64,000 nt of DNA from Podarcis tiliguerta (GCA_965153285.1 OZ229116.1), one strand, 5' to 3'. Shown: positions 1-11,796, numbered from the stretch's first letter. The notes: generated from the letters alone by a model not told the origin. Numbers and translations are program-made.

Positions 1-499
1 TAGGGGGGAGGAGTCCCAGGCATCGGGATCAGGTGGAGCGCTGCCAGCGGGAGAACATGAGGCAGGATTGACCACACCTCCGTCGGGGAGTGAGGAAACG
101 GTCATCTGGAAAGTTAAACGCGCGCGCGCGCCAAGTTCAAATGTACAGGAGGGAGGCACAGTGGGCAGCCCGGGAAGAGAGCCAGGTCCTAAAGCCCGCA
201 GAAGAGAGCGGGAGGAGTCAGGGGGGTCGTCATCGTCAGCCTCAGAGGAATCCAGGGAGACAGGGGCCCCGGAGGGCAACAGGACCCAGAGGAGAAAGAA
301 GAGGTGGAGTAAAGCTAGAGTCTTAAACTGGTGTACAGGGGGCGGGGACTCAGAGGGAGCTTCGCCGGTCTAAAGTTTAGACGTAGGGATGGAGCGCTGC
401 GGCGTGGAAATGGAAACTGTACTTCAGTAAAGACTTTTGTACATAAATACCAGCCAGCGTTGGTCCTCTGTGAGCTGGGACCAGGAGCCAGCCCTGACA
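1..499 (+). mobile_element. Probable 3' part of an LTR (solo LTR or LTR-retroelement end), truncated by the window start
   Basis: GC/CpG-rich block with an AGTAAA polyA-like signal (~426) ending in ...GCCCTGACA, followed by an abrupt switch to AT-rich DNA; the 5' end and TSD are not visible. Confidence 0.45.
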
Positions 500-628
500 G
501 TGCGCTTCACAGAAATTTGCAGCTCAAATCTGACATCTGCTTTGAAATTGAAGTATGACTAACTTACTACCAATATTTACCCTTCTTGTAGTCTGAGTAG
601 AACATAGTCTTCAAAAACCTCATAAATG

Positions 629-726
629 TCCATTTACTGAGCTGTCCACTTTACAACAAGTTTGTCTATCAGGAACTCCATTTACTGAGCTTTCCACTTT
701 ACAACAATTTTGTCTATTTGGAACTC
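629..726. repeat. 48-bp tandem duplication (2 copies)
   Basis: tccatttactgagct(g/t)tccactttacaacaa(g/t)tttgtctat..ggaac at 629 and 677. Confidence 0.85.
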
Positions 727-1162
727 TGCACTTTAGCATTCTGACCATTGTCTATTCAGCTTATTAAGTTGCACTTGTCAGTATTTTAAAGGGGGATCAA
801 GGATGAAATCTAATTCTGTGGAGCGCTGGATAAAGTAGGGTGATATTGAAGTAGTAATTGTCAAGACATCATACCCTGCCACTATGACAATCTACATGTT
901 TAGAAAAAGCAAATACTATGTGGGGGATCAACAGTTCGTAATTTTACAAAATAGTTCAGTTAAAGTTCATCCAAATAGTAACTTTTTAGTTCATAAAATA
1001 ATCACCTTGGCATTTCCCCCCACCCCTAATATGCAGAATTCTACATGCTGCTTTGCTTGCATGTATCCTAAAAGTAAACCAGCACCACACAAAAAATATG
1101 TAAAAGCCATCAGATAGTAACAGAGCTTGGACAGCGTCTCCTAGTCAGGCTTGAGAACACTG

Positions 1163-1210
1163 GGCTGGATTCATAATTGACCCTTCCAACTCTACAATTC
1201 TACAATTCTC
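1163..1210 (+). mobile_element. Short CR1-type 3' tail fragment
   Basis: cccttccaactctacaattctacaattct resembles the CR1 tail at 34800-34838. Confidence 0.5.
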
Positions 1211-1292
1211 TTAAATAGCTCCTTATATAGAGGAAAGATTAATGCAGACACAAAAGCAATGCTCATATTTGGGAAAGCCCTTAGCTTTCCAT

Positions 1293-1640
1293 GGGTGGCG
1301 CTGTGGGTTAAATCACAGAGCCTAGGGCTTGCTGATGAAAAGGTCGGCAGTTAGAATCCCCACGACGGGGTGTGCTCCTGTTGCTAGGTCCCTGCTCCTG
1401 CCAACCTAGCAGTTTGAAAGCACGTAAAAGTGCCAGTAGATAAATAGATACCACTCTGGTGGGAAGGTAAACGGCGTTTTGGTGCGCTGCTCTGGTTCAC
1501 CAGAAGCGGCTTAGTCATGCTGGCCACATGACCCAGAAGCTGTATGCCGGCTCCTTTGGCCAATAAAGCGAGATGAGCACCGCAGCCCCAGAGTCATCCA
1601 CAACTGGACCTAATGGTTAGGGGTCCCTTTACCTTTACCT
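1293..1640 (+). mobile_element. Sauria SINE
   Basis: tRNA-like head gggtggcgctgtgggttaaa, body similar to the copies at 7568 and 8331, (ACCTTT)n tail, imperfect TSD cttagctt(t)cc. Confidence 0.9.
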
Positions 1641-1701
1641 TAGCTTCCTACAGACATGTTGACATCTAGGCACACCACAGTCTGGGGCACATTTAGATAA
1701 A

Positions 1702-1940
1702 GTGTGCATAGGACTGGAGTCAGAATTCGCTGAATTCTACTCCAACCTATACACCTCCCACAACCCACCCCAACAGGGAATCAAGAACCACCTGACAGGA
1801 CTGCCCATGCCAACCATAACAGAAGACGAACAAGAGTTCATTGGACAGTCCTATCATCCCAGTGGAAATAGAGATTGTCCTCAAAAACAAAAAAATACAT
1901 AAAGCCCCAGGCCTAGATGGTTTCACAACAAAATTCTAGA
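1702..1940 (+). mobile_element. Degraded L1/Tx1-clade LINE ORF2 fragment
   Basis: Translates FAEFYSNLY...(frameshift)...EIEIVLKNKKIHKAPGLDGFTTKF*, matching the KAPGPDGF motif N-terminal to LINE reverse transcriptase. Confidence 0.75.
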
Positions 1941-2075
1941 ATTATTCTTCCAAAGAGAGGAGTTGGTTACTGACAGTCAAATTGCTTCTCACCGATATTA
2001 TCATCATAGTCCTAAAAACACATGACTCATACACTTTATTTCTGAAGCTTCACTTCAGAGACGCAAGAATAATTC

Positions 2076-2221
2076 NNNNNNNNNNNNNNNNNNNNNNNNN
2101 NNNNNNNNNNNNNNNNNNNNNNNNNNNNNNNNNNNNNNNNNNNNNNNNNNNNNNNNNNNNNNNNNNNNNNNNNNNNNNNNNNNNNNNNNNNNNNNNNNNN
2201 NNNNNNNNNNNNNNNNNNNNN
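2076..2221. other. Assembly gap (146 N)
   Basis: Run of N. Confidence 1.
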
Positions 2222-2298
2222 CAGTAATATTATCTACATCAATTACAAGGGAGAGAACTGATACAAATAAAGGCCAATTTACCATCACCACTTCCCTG

Positions 2299-2320
2299 TA
2301 CACACACACACACACACACA

Positions 2321-2356
<36 letters not shown>
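2299..2356. repeat. Compound (CA)n(GA)n microsatellite
   Basis: Seen directly. Confidence 0.95.
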
Positions 2357-2359
<3 letters not shown>

Positions 2360-2587
2360 ATTGCCATAGAGCTTATGCTATTTTTCTAAAAAAAAATTGT
2401 TAGCCTTCCATCCACTAAGAAAAGGTGGAAAAGGTGTTACTGATTTTGTAACAGTATTGTGTGAATGCTGAGTAAAAAGAAGACAAACTATGGCAATTTC
2501 GACAAAAGTATGGAGGCATTCTGTCTGGATTTTGCTCATTGAAAAACACCATGGCTTACACAAATAATTCTGGATAACAATTCTTAC

Positions 2588-5008
2588 CTCTTCATCTTTA
2601 TTCATCTCAGCTTGACAATTATTTTCTCCGTTGCCTGTAAAAGGCACAGCAGGTTTCTCACTGCCAATAATATTGTCTACCATCTGAACACTGGGTGTCA
2701 GGAAGGCAAACTCATTCTTCCTGGTCTCAGAAGACAGACACAGCTGGTAGGAATAGGGCAAAGTCCCATCTTCAAAGTTGGGTGGGAAGATGGCACCATT
2801 CTTGGAATGGGGAACAGGACCAAAGCACTGTAGGAACCTGGGATGCCCTGATTGACGGAGCTTCATTGTAACAGCCAGAATGACAGTCAAGAGGAACAAG
2901 AAGGAGATCACAGCTAAGGCCAGCACCAAGTAGAACTGCAGGTCAGACTGATACTCCGAGCTGCTGGGTTGGCTCTTCATTTCCGGAAGGGCCTCCTGAA
3001 AGTTCTCAGCAAACACCAGGTTCAGAGTCATGGTGGCCGAGAGAGACGGCTGCCCGTTATCCTTCACCATAATGACCAGTCTCTGTTTCACAGCGTCTCT
3101 CTCCACAAAGGCCCTGGCGGTCCTGATCTCTCCAGTATGAGAACCAACCGTGAAGAGTGCCGGCTCAGTGGCCTGAGTCAGGTGGTAGGAGAGCCAGGCG
3201 TTGTGTCCGGAATCTGCATCCACGGCCACCACCTTGGTGACAAGATAATCTGCCTCGGCCGAACGAGGCACCATCTCAAACAAGGCTGAGCCCTTGGCTT
3301 CTTGTGAGGGGGACAGGATACGAGGGCTGTTATCATTCCTGTCAAGAACAAACACCCTGACGCTCACATTGCTGCTGAGAGGCGGAGAACCCCCATCTTG
3401 GGCCTTCACTTGCAGCCGGAACTCTCTGAATTGTTCATAGTCAAAGGATCTCTGGGCATAGATGGTGCCGGTCTCTGAATTAATGGAGATATAGGAGGAG
3501 ATGGGAAGCTCCTCGATGTTGCTGTTGAGGATGGAGTATGTGATCCGTGAGTTCTGGTCCATATCGGGATCAGAGGCTTTGATGGTGAAAATGGAGGCAC
3601 CTGAAGGATTGTTTTCTGGCACGTAGATGTTGTAGGATGGCTTCTGAAATGTAGGGGCATTATCATTGATATCTGAGATCTGTAGAGAGATTGTTTTGTG
3701 TGTGGAAAGAGGTGGAGTTCCTTTATCAATTGCTGTGATTGTAATATTATATGCAGGAGTTCTTTCTCTGTCCAGGAGACTGTCTGTCTGGAGCTTGAAG
3801 TAATTGTTTGATGACGGAAGAACTTTGAAGGGTAAATCATCTTGTAGGTAGCAAGTAACCTTTCCATTATCTCCACTATCTCTGTCATTTACATTGATCA
3901 GAGCAATGACTGTTCCTGACATAGAATCTTCCGGAACTGGGCTAAACATGGAGGCTAAAGTAACCTCTGGGGCATTATCATTCTCATCACGAACGCTAAT
4001 TTCAACTTTGCAATGTGTCACTAATCCACCACCATCTTTGGCTGCTACTGATATAGTATATTCACTGATATCCTCAAAGTCCAATAACCCTATAAGTAGG
4101 ATTGAGCCATTCAATGGATCTAGACTGAATTTCTTGTTGGCATTCTGTGGTATATTACTAAAATAATACCTGATTTGGGCGTATGAACCTTCATCATTAT
4201 CAGAAGCTGTAACCTGGAGCACAAGCGATCCAACTGCAACACTTTCCCTCAAACTGACCTTGTACACCTCTTGAGTGAAAACTGGGGGGTTGTCATTGGC
4301 ATCAGTAACATTAATCCATATCTGGGCAGTCCCAGTTTTTCTAGGTTCACCCCCATCCAACGCTGTGAGAATCAAGTGAAGGGTCTGTTCGGTCTCTCGA
4401 TCTAGTGCTTTCTGCAGCACTAAATCTGCAAATTTACTTCCATCATGAGTCTCTTTAACATCCAGAGTAAAATACTGATTCAAGCTAAGGTGGTAATTCT
4501 GGAGAGCATTCATCCCAATGTCAGGATCTTCAGCTTTCCCAAGGAAAAACCGTGTTCCTAACAAAGTTAGTTCGCTTGTTTCTAAGTTGATATTGCCACT
4601 GAGAAAGAATGGCGCATTGTCATTTATATCTTGAATTGTAATAGTCACATGAAAAATATTAAGGGGATTTTCCATTACCACCTCAAAATTAACAAGACAG
4701 AGTGGAGTTGTGCCACATATTTCCTCTCTGTCAATCCTGTCATTTACATAGAGATTTCCATTTTCTGCATTGATACTGAAATACTGCATTTTGTTCACAG
4801 AGACAGCATGCAGATTGCGCCTTCCTAGATCTCTGGCATTCAGTCCCAAATCCTCAGCAAGATTCCCCACAACCGAACCCTTTGGCTTCTCCTCAAGGAT
4901 AGAATAACGAATCTGCTCTGAGGCAGCCCAGCCGGAGAAAGGCAAAAATAAGAGAAGCAGTACTTGCCTTCTGAGTGCCATTCCATTGTTTTTGTTTCTT
5001 CTATCCAT
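2588..5008 (-). CDS. PCDHGB: Protocadherin gamma-B-like variable exon (807 codons; exon 1)
   Basis: Signal peptide, six cadherin repeats (DRE, DxNDNxP, AxDxG), gamma-B signatures [33 protein letters not shown]; donor GAG|GTAAGA at 2588/2587. Subfamily-level call only. Confidence 0.95.
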
Positions 5009-5252
5009 ACAGCTGTCTCCTTTTCTCAGCTTGTAATGATCAAATTGTCATCTGATCACAAGGAATCTCCACAACAAAGACTAAGCTGGATTTCTGCCTA
5101 GGTAAATCAGTTCCTTCTTAAATTTTTACTGTCCTTTCCAGCAAGATTGCTTGGTTGTTGTGATCTGCTGTTTCTGTACAGAAATGGTGAAACAATCCCT
5201 TTCTAGAAAACTATCCAGGGGTCTCCTGCATCTTCTCTGTGGCTTCCACACT

Positions 5253-5292
5253 GGCTGACACTGACATCCTGAGGCTCAGACAGAGAACTGCA
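5253..5292 (-). promoter_or_regulatory. Pcdh promoter CSE (CTCF site) of exon 1; core CAGT instead of CGCT
   Basis: Minus strand TGCAGTtctctgtctgagCCTCAGGATGTCAGTGTCAGCC aligns with the other ten promoter elements, ~250 bp upstream of ATG. Confidence 0.75.
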
Positions 5293-5603
5293 AGGGATTC
5301 TTTCTCATTCAGCTTATAATTGAAAAGCAACCTGGGTGTGTTCATATTTTGGAGTGTCCAGGACAACCACAAATTGGAAGCATCCAGGAGAGTTGTCTTT
5401 GGTCCTCCACCGTTTATGTTGTCAAATTACAGCTGCATGTCAACATCCTTTTATCCATGTTATCAACTTTCAAAATAAAAACAGAATTGTCTTGTGGTGT
5501 CTTAAAGCAAATGTGGCACAAGTTTTCATGGACTAAAATAATGACTGTGATATTGCTATTAGTTTAGTGTAAAGAATTGGCACCCACTTTTTTATTTTGA
5601 AGA

Positions 5604-5648
<45 letters not shown>
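5604..5648. repeat. (ATT)n microsatellite
   Basis: Seen directly. Confidence 0.95.
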
Positions 5649-5999
5649 TCACCAAAAGAAGTTTAAAGACTCTCTCAAGGCAAATCTTTAAAAATGTAGT
5701 ATAAACACCGACAACTAGGAAACACTGGCCTGCGAGTGCTCCAATAGGAGAACAGCCTTTACCAAAGGTGTCATGGGCTTTGAAGACACTTGAACTCAGG
5801 ACAAAAAGGAGAAATGAGCTAAGAGGAAGGCACACTTGGCAAACCCTCACCATGATCAACTCCCGCCCAGAAATCTGTGTCCCCACTGTGGAAGGATGTG
5901 TGGATCCATAATGGACCTCCACAGTGACTTACGGACTCACTGCTAAAACTATGTTTTGGAAGACAACCTAACTCAGCTACGAGTGATCGCCAAAAAAGT

Positions 6000-6040
6000 A
6001 GAAGAAGAAAGAAGAAGAAGAAGAAGAAGAAGAAGAAGAA
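6000..6040. repeat. (GAA)n microsatellite
   Basis: Seen directly. Confidence 0.9.
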
Positions 6041-6041
6041 A

Positions 6042-6421
6042 GATTATTATTATTATTCCACCCACTTGACTAGGTTGCCCCAGCCACTCTGGGTGACTTC
6101 TAACAAATTAAAACACAGTAAGACGTCAAACATTAAAACATTCCCTATACAGGGCTACCTTCAGATGTCTTCTAAAAGTTGTTTATTTGCTTAACATCTG
6201 ATGGGAGGGCATTCCACAGGGCGGGCATAACTACCGAGAAGGCCTTCCGCCTGGTTCCCTGTAATTTCATTTCTTGCAGCAAGGGAACTGCCAGAAGGCC
6301 CTTGGAGCTGTATCTATGTCTTGGCTGAATGATAGGGGTGGAGACGCTACTTCAGGTATGCAGAGCCAAAGCTTTAGGGCTTTAAAGGTCAGCATCACAC
6401 TTTGAATTGTGCTCGGAAACG
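6042..6421 (-). mobile_element. L2-type LINE 3' fragment
   Basis: Minus strand encodes AFSVVMPALWNALPSDV...TFRRHLK-like ORF2 C-terminus, then a 3' UTR shared with 19370-19430 and an (AAT)n tail. Confidence 0.75.
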
Positions 6422-7100
6422 TAACAATAACATGCACATTTTTACTTATGTCTTATCAATATGGCTTCAATTTCACTTGGATCCCAGATGCAATTTCAAA
6501 ACATTTCCAGTAATTTTTACCTACTCATAAATCTCCCACTCACCACTGCTTCTTTCTATGTTACACAAATAGCCTTTCTAAGATATCAGAATAATCTTAT
6601 CCGAAGGCAAATGACTTCCCACCCCAAATCAAAATATTTGTTCCAATGAAACAAGTGCAAAAATTCAAATGTTTTCTTCTTCTTTTCGATGTTCAATGGC
6701 ACTCAAACATTTCATTTATGTACTGCTCTCCTTATGCCGGAAAAGGCTGTACTAGGTGGCAGTGAGCTTGTTTGCAGGCTGCTAGTTCAAGAGCCTGGGA
6801 GACACACCTATGTTGACTATGATTTTTTTTTTTAATTGCCTCAGTGTGGTTCACTTTGCAACAAATGCAAGGGAGCTCCTGGAAGCCTTCCTGATGGAAA
6901 TAGGTCACCTCAAGTCATTTTGCACAGCTCACAGCTTCGGCAATGCAATGCCATCAAGCCAACATTTCAATAGGGTGCTCCTGAGGATATGGGTCCATTA
7001 CTCAAGAGACTAACTTTAATCATGTTAACTGAAGTGTGACTATTGCTCTCCATAAAGGACAAACCTGGACCTGCCCCCATCCTGCTATGAACTGCAGAGC

Positions 7101-7287
7101 CATAGCTGTTAACTTTCAGATTTGAAAATAAGGGATCAGCAGCCCCGAAAATAAGGGATCACCAGCAGACTGTCCCGGGGACAGTCTATGGGATATCTAA
7201 CAATCCGGGATAGCAGCGGGAAGCAGTGGGAAACGGCACTGGAATAAGGGAATTTCCCACACAAAAAAGGGAAGGTTGACAGTTATG
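7101..7287. mobile_element. Non-autonomous hAT DNA transposon (MITE)
   Basis: TIRs CATAGCTGTTAAC / GTTGACAGTTATG; perfect 8-bp TSD TGCAGAGC at 7093-7100 and 7288-7295. Confidence 0.85.
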
Positions 7288-7567
7288 TGCAGAGCTACAC
7301 TTGGTATAGGAAAGGAAAGGCTGTTCAGAGATGTCACCTTCCTACATACAATCAATTTTGGAATTTGCTGTGAAGCTTTTGTCCAGAAAGAAATAAAACC
7401 AGGCTTCCGAGGGCCCAGTTTGCAGTAAGGTTATTTTGAGAAGGTAGCAGGAGAACCTATTGCTTCAAAGGAAGTGGGGGTGTCTTTCCTTGGAGGAGAC
7501 CCAAGTGAGTGATAGACTGCCTCTGCTTTACTGCAATGGCTAATTGTTATCTTCTAGATTTAGTTAA

Positions 7568-7920
7568 GGGACACGGGTGGCACTGTGGGTTAAACCACAG
7601 AGCCTAGGACTTGCCAATCAGAAGGTCGGCTGTTCGAATCCCCGTGATGGAGTGAGCTCCCATTGCTCGGTCCCTGCTCTTGCCCACCTAGCAGTTCAAA
7701 AGCACATCAAAGTGCAAGTAGATAAATAGGTACCGCTCTGGCAGGAAGGTAAGCGGCGTTTCCGTGCGCTGCTCTGGTTTCACCAGAAGCGGCTTAGTCA
7801 TACTGCCCACATGACCCAGAAGCTGTACGCCAGCTCCCTCGGCCACTAAAGCAAGATGAGCGCCACAACCCCAGAGTCGGTCACGACTGGACCTAATGGT
7901 CAGGGGTCCCTTTACCTTTA
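7568..7920 (+). mobile_element. Sauria SINE
   Basis: Full-length copy, ACCTTT tail, 14-bp TSD CTAGATTTAGTTAA at 7554-7567 and 7921-7934. Confidence 0.93.
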
Positions 7921-8330
7921 CTAGATTTAGTTAAAAGTTTAAAAGAATTAGTGATGCAGGTATATTCCCGGGCTATCTTGCTCAGAGTGAGGCAGTTCAC
8001 CTTCCTCATAGGGAGGCATGGTGATGGGGTGGTTGCTCCAGAAAGCCCAACAAGAGCCAGGTGGTGGGTGGCATAGGCAATGAGACAAGTGTGTGCAAGT
8101 TGGCAGTACTAATCTGGCTCTCATTTGGCTGACAAAATACATTTGTTTAAACACCTCAAATGCAACCTCAGCCATATTTGCTACCGTTATTTCTCCAATC
8201 ACAATCTGAGATATAGTGATTATATGAGGAAGTACCTTGGGGGTTATTCAGAAGCAAGGGGAAATAATACTGAGTTACTATTAAAACGTTTGTGATGCAC
8301 TTTTCACATTTAAAATGAACTAGAAACATA

Positions 8331-8675
8331 GGGACGCGGGTGGTGCTGTGGGTTAAACCACAGAGCCCAGGGCTTCCTGATCAGAAGGGCGGCGGTTTGA
8401 ATCCCCGCGACGGGGTGAGCTCCCATTGCTTGGTCCCTGCTCCTGCCAAACTAGCAGTTCGAAAGCATATCAAAGTGCAAGTAGATAAATAGGCGGGAAG
8501 GTAAATGGCGTTTCCGTGCGCTGCTCTGGTTTGCCAGAAGCAGCTTAGTCATGCTGGCCTCATGACCTGGAAGCTGTACGCCAGCTCCCTCGGCCAATAA
8601 AGCGAGATGAGCACCGTAACCCCAGAGTCGGCCACGACTGGACCTAATGATCAGGGGTCCCTTTACCTTTACCTT
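8331..8675 (+). mobile_element. Sauria SINE
   Basis: Full-length copy, (ACCTTT)2 tail, 10-bp TSD TAGAAACATA at 8321-8330 and 8676-8685. Confidence 0.93.
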
Positions 8676-9393
8676 TAGAAACATAAAAGTACTATTAAAG
8701 CTGGTTCTACCTTTGGTGAATCATTTTAGGTATTTCCTGAAACATTTTATTCTAAAATTAAGCCATGTAGTTGGGACCCTTCCCTCTAATTTTCACTGCC
8801 CTAAAGCAGAACAAAATATACAGCTTTCTGATGGTATAAGGTACATCTCTCTCTCTCTGTCTCTCTCTCTCCCTCCCATTCCTCCCCCTCTCTCATCCCA
8901 CTCCTTATCTCTATCAAACACATTTTTCATTAAAGGTATGAAGTGGAAGAGCAGAAGTTCATCAGTAAAATGAAGTAATGATAAACTAGATAAAGGTTAG
9001 ATGGCATACATAGCATTTTCTTTATGCCACATCCACATCCGATGAATGTGTTGAGGGGATGAAGAAAGATCATACTCATCTCCACAAATTCAGTTGAAGA
9101 TCTGAACATCTAAAAATAGGCCTGTACACATAGCAATAGACCCTTCCATTTGCAAGATTTCTGATGACAAAGAAAAGGCCTATTTGAGAACACCTGTACA
9201 GCATGTTCTGTACAGACATTCAGCTTCAAGTACACCTGTGAGGTTCAAGAAGAGGGGGTAGCTGCCCCATCTTCATGTGAACTGAATGCTTATATAAAAA
9301 ACTCAGATAAATCAGCTTAAAATATACTAGTTGCCTATAGACATAAAGAGAATGCTTAAAATGTTAACCATGCACCGCTGAAAATAAACTCAC

Positions 9394-11796
9394 CATATCA
9401 GCATTATCCATCTCAGAATTTAGGATATTGCCTCCATTGGCAGTCAAAGTAACATTAGACTTATCTGCGGTTTGAAGATTGGGTGTTGGAAAGGTGAACT
9501 CCTGTACCCTGGACTCAGAAGATAAGCACAGCTGATAGGAATACGGCAATGTTCCTTCTTCATAGTTTGGTGGGAAAATGACCGTGTTGTTTGAATGGGG
9601 AACAGGAGCAAAACACTGCAGGAATTTGGGGTTCCCTGATCGCCGAATCTTCATGAGAATGGCCAGAATCACTGTCAGGAGGAATAAGAATGAAATCAAA
9701 GCTAAGGCCAGCACCAAGAAGAACTGCAGATCCGATTGATACTCGGAGTCATTGGGCTGGTGGCTAATTTCCGGAAGTGCCTCCTGGAAGTTCTCAGCAA
9801 ACACCAGGTTGAGACTCACGGTAGCAGACAGTGGTGGCTGCCCATTATCCTTGACTAAGATGATGAGCTTCTGCTTCACAGCATCTCTTTCCAGAAAAGC
9901 CCGTGAGGTCCTGATCTCCCCAGTATGGGAACCAATTGAGAACAGCCCAGGTTCTGTTGCCTGGAGCAGATAGTAGGAGAGCCAAGCGTTGTGTCCAGAG
10001 TCAGCATCCACAGCCACCACCTTGGTCACCAGATAACCCTCCTCTGCTGAGCGAGGCACCATCTCAAACAAGGAGGAGCCCTCTACTCCTTGAGAAGGGT
10101 AAAGAATCTGAGGGCTTTGGTCATTCTGGTCCAGAATGCACACTCTCATAGTGGCATTGCTGCTGAGACGGGGGGAGCCTCCATCTTCGGCCCTCACCTC
10201 CACTTGAAACTCCCTGACTTGCTCATAGTCAAAGGAGCGCTGAGCATAGATAGTGCCAGTCTCAGAATTAATGGAGAGGAAGGACGAGAGAGGCAGCCCC
10301 TCAGTGATGCTGTTGCGAATAGAGTAGGTGATTTGAGCATTCTGGTCCACATCTGGGTCGGAGGCTTTGACCCTGAAAATGGAGGAGCCTGAAGGGTTGT
10401 TCTCTGGGACATAGGCAGTATAATAGGGTTTCTCAAAGGCAGGGCAGTTGTCATTGATGTCTGAGATCTGCAGTGTGATGGTTTTGTATGTGGAAAGAGG
10501 GGGGTTGCCTTTGTCTGTGGCTGTGACTGTGATATTGTACTCTGGAGTTCTTTCTCTGTCCAAGGGGGCATCTGTGAGAAGCTTATAATAATTATTGGAG
10601 GCTGATACCATCTTGAATGGCAAATTGTGTTGTAAATCACAAGCAATCTTCCCATTGTCTCCAGAGTCTCTATCATTTACATTGATAAGGGCTACCAGGG
10701 TTCCTACTGCAGAGTCTTCAGGGATTGGGCTGGATAAAGAGGCCAGAATCACTTCTGGCGCATTGTCATTCTCATCTAGGAGTGAAATTTCAACATTGCA
10801 TTGAGCGACTAATCCTCCCCCATCTCTTGCTTCCACTGCCATTGCATATTCTTCTATTTCCTCAAAGTCCAGAGCCTCCTTAAGTGTTATTGTCCCATCT
10901 TGTGGATCCAAGTAGAATTTCTGGTGAGCAATTTCTGGGATGTTACTAAAACTATAGTTTATCTGGGCATTTGAACCATCATCTCTATCTGTGGCTTTCA
11001 CCTGGACCACTGATGACCCTTTGGGGGCATTTTCTTTCAGATTGACTGTGTATACTTTTTGAGTGAAGACTGGTGGGTTGTCATTTGCATCAATGACGGT
11101 GATCCATATTTTGGCTGTTCCAGTTTTGGCAGGCTTCCCTCCATCCAGCGCCGTAAGGATTAATTGGAAACTACTTTCACTTTCCCGATCCAACTGTTTA
11201 TTCAATATTAATTCTGCATATTTCTTTCCATCCTTTCTTTCTCTCACTTCCAGGATAAAATACTGATTTGTGCTAAGGTTGTAATTCTTGAGAGAATTCA
11301 CCCCAAGATCAGGATCTTCAGCTTGTCCAAGGAGAAATGTGGTGCCTTTTAAAGAGGATTCAATTATCTCCAGCTTGATATCCCCTTTTACAAAATATGG
11401 TGCATTATCATTAATGTCTTGGATTTCTACAGTTATATGAAAAATATTCATAGGGCTGTCAAGCACCACTTCAAAATTGATGGAGCAGATTGCAGTTTGA
11501 CCACATAATTCCTCTCTATCAATCCTCTCCCTTACATACAAATTCCCATTTTCTGGACTGAGAGTGAAATATTGCTTTTTACCTAGGGAAAGGATATGCA
11601 GATTGCCATTTCCCATTTCTCCATTATTCAGTCTCAGGTCTTTAGCTGGATTTCCCACAATGGATCCCTTTTCCATTTCTTCAGGGATGGAATAATGAAT
11701 GTGCTCTGAGGCAATCTGACCACACAGAGAGAATAATAGGAGGAGAGGTACTTGCCTTCTTACTGATCTGCTGTTTTCCTTCTGCCTATCTTCCAT
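9394..11796 (-). CDS. PCDHGB: Protocadherin gamma-B-like variable exon (801 codons; exon 2)
   Basis: Six cadherin repeats + TM, gamma-B signatures ([28 protein letters not shown]); donor ATG|GTGAGT at 9394/9393. Confidence 0.95.

Noticed and set aside
68-558. Short plus-strand ORFs at the window start
   Set aside because: They lie in a GC-rich LTR-like repeat, are low complexity and show no recognisable domain
845-870. DNYYF-like peptide suggesting a Pcdh relic near the orphan CSE
   Set aside because: Too short; the flanks do not align with any exon
2378-2587. C-terminal extensions of the Pcdh ORFs beyond the splice donors (also 44392-44460 and others)
   Set aside because: Intronic read-through past conserved phase-0 GT donors; not conserved between paralogs. 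Unspliced short isoforms cannot be supported from sequence alone
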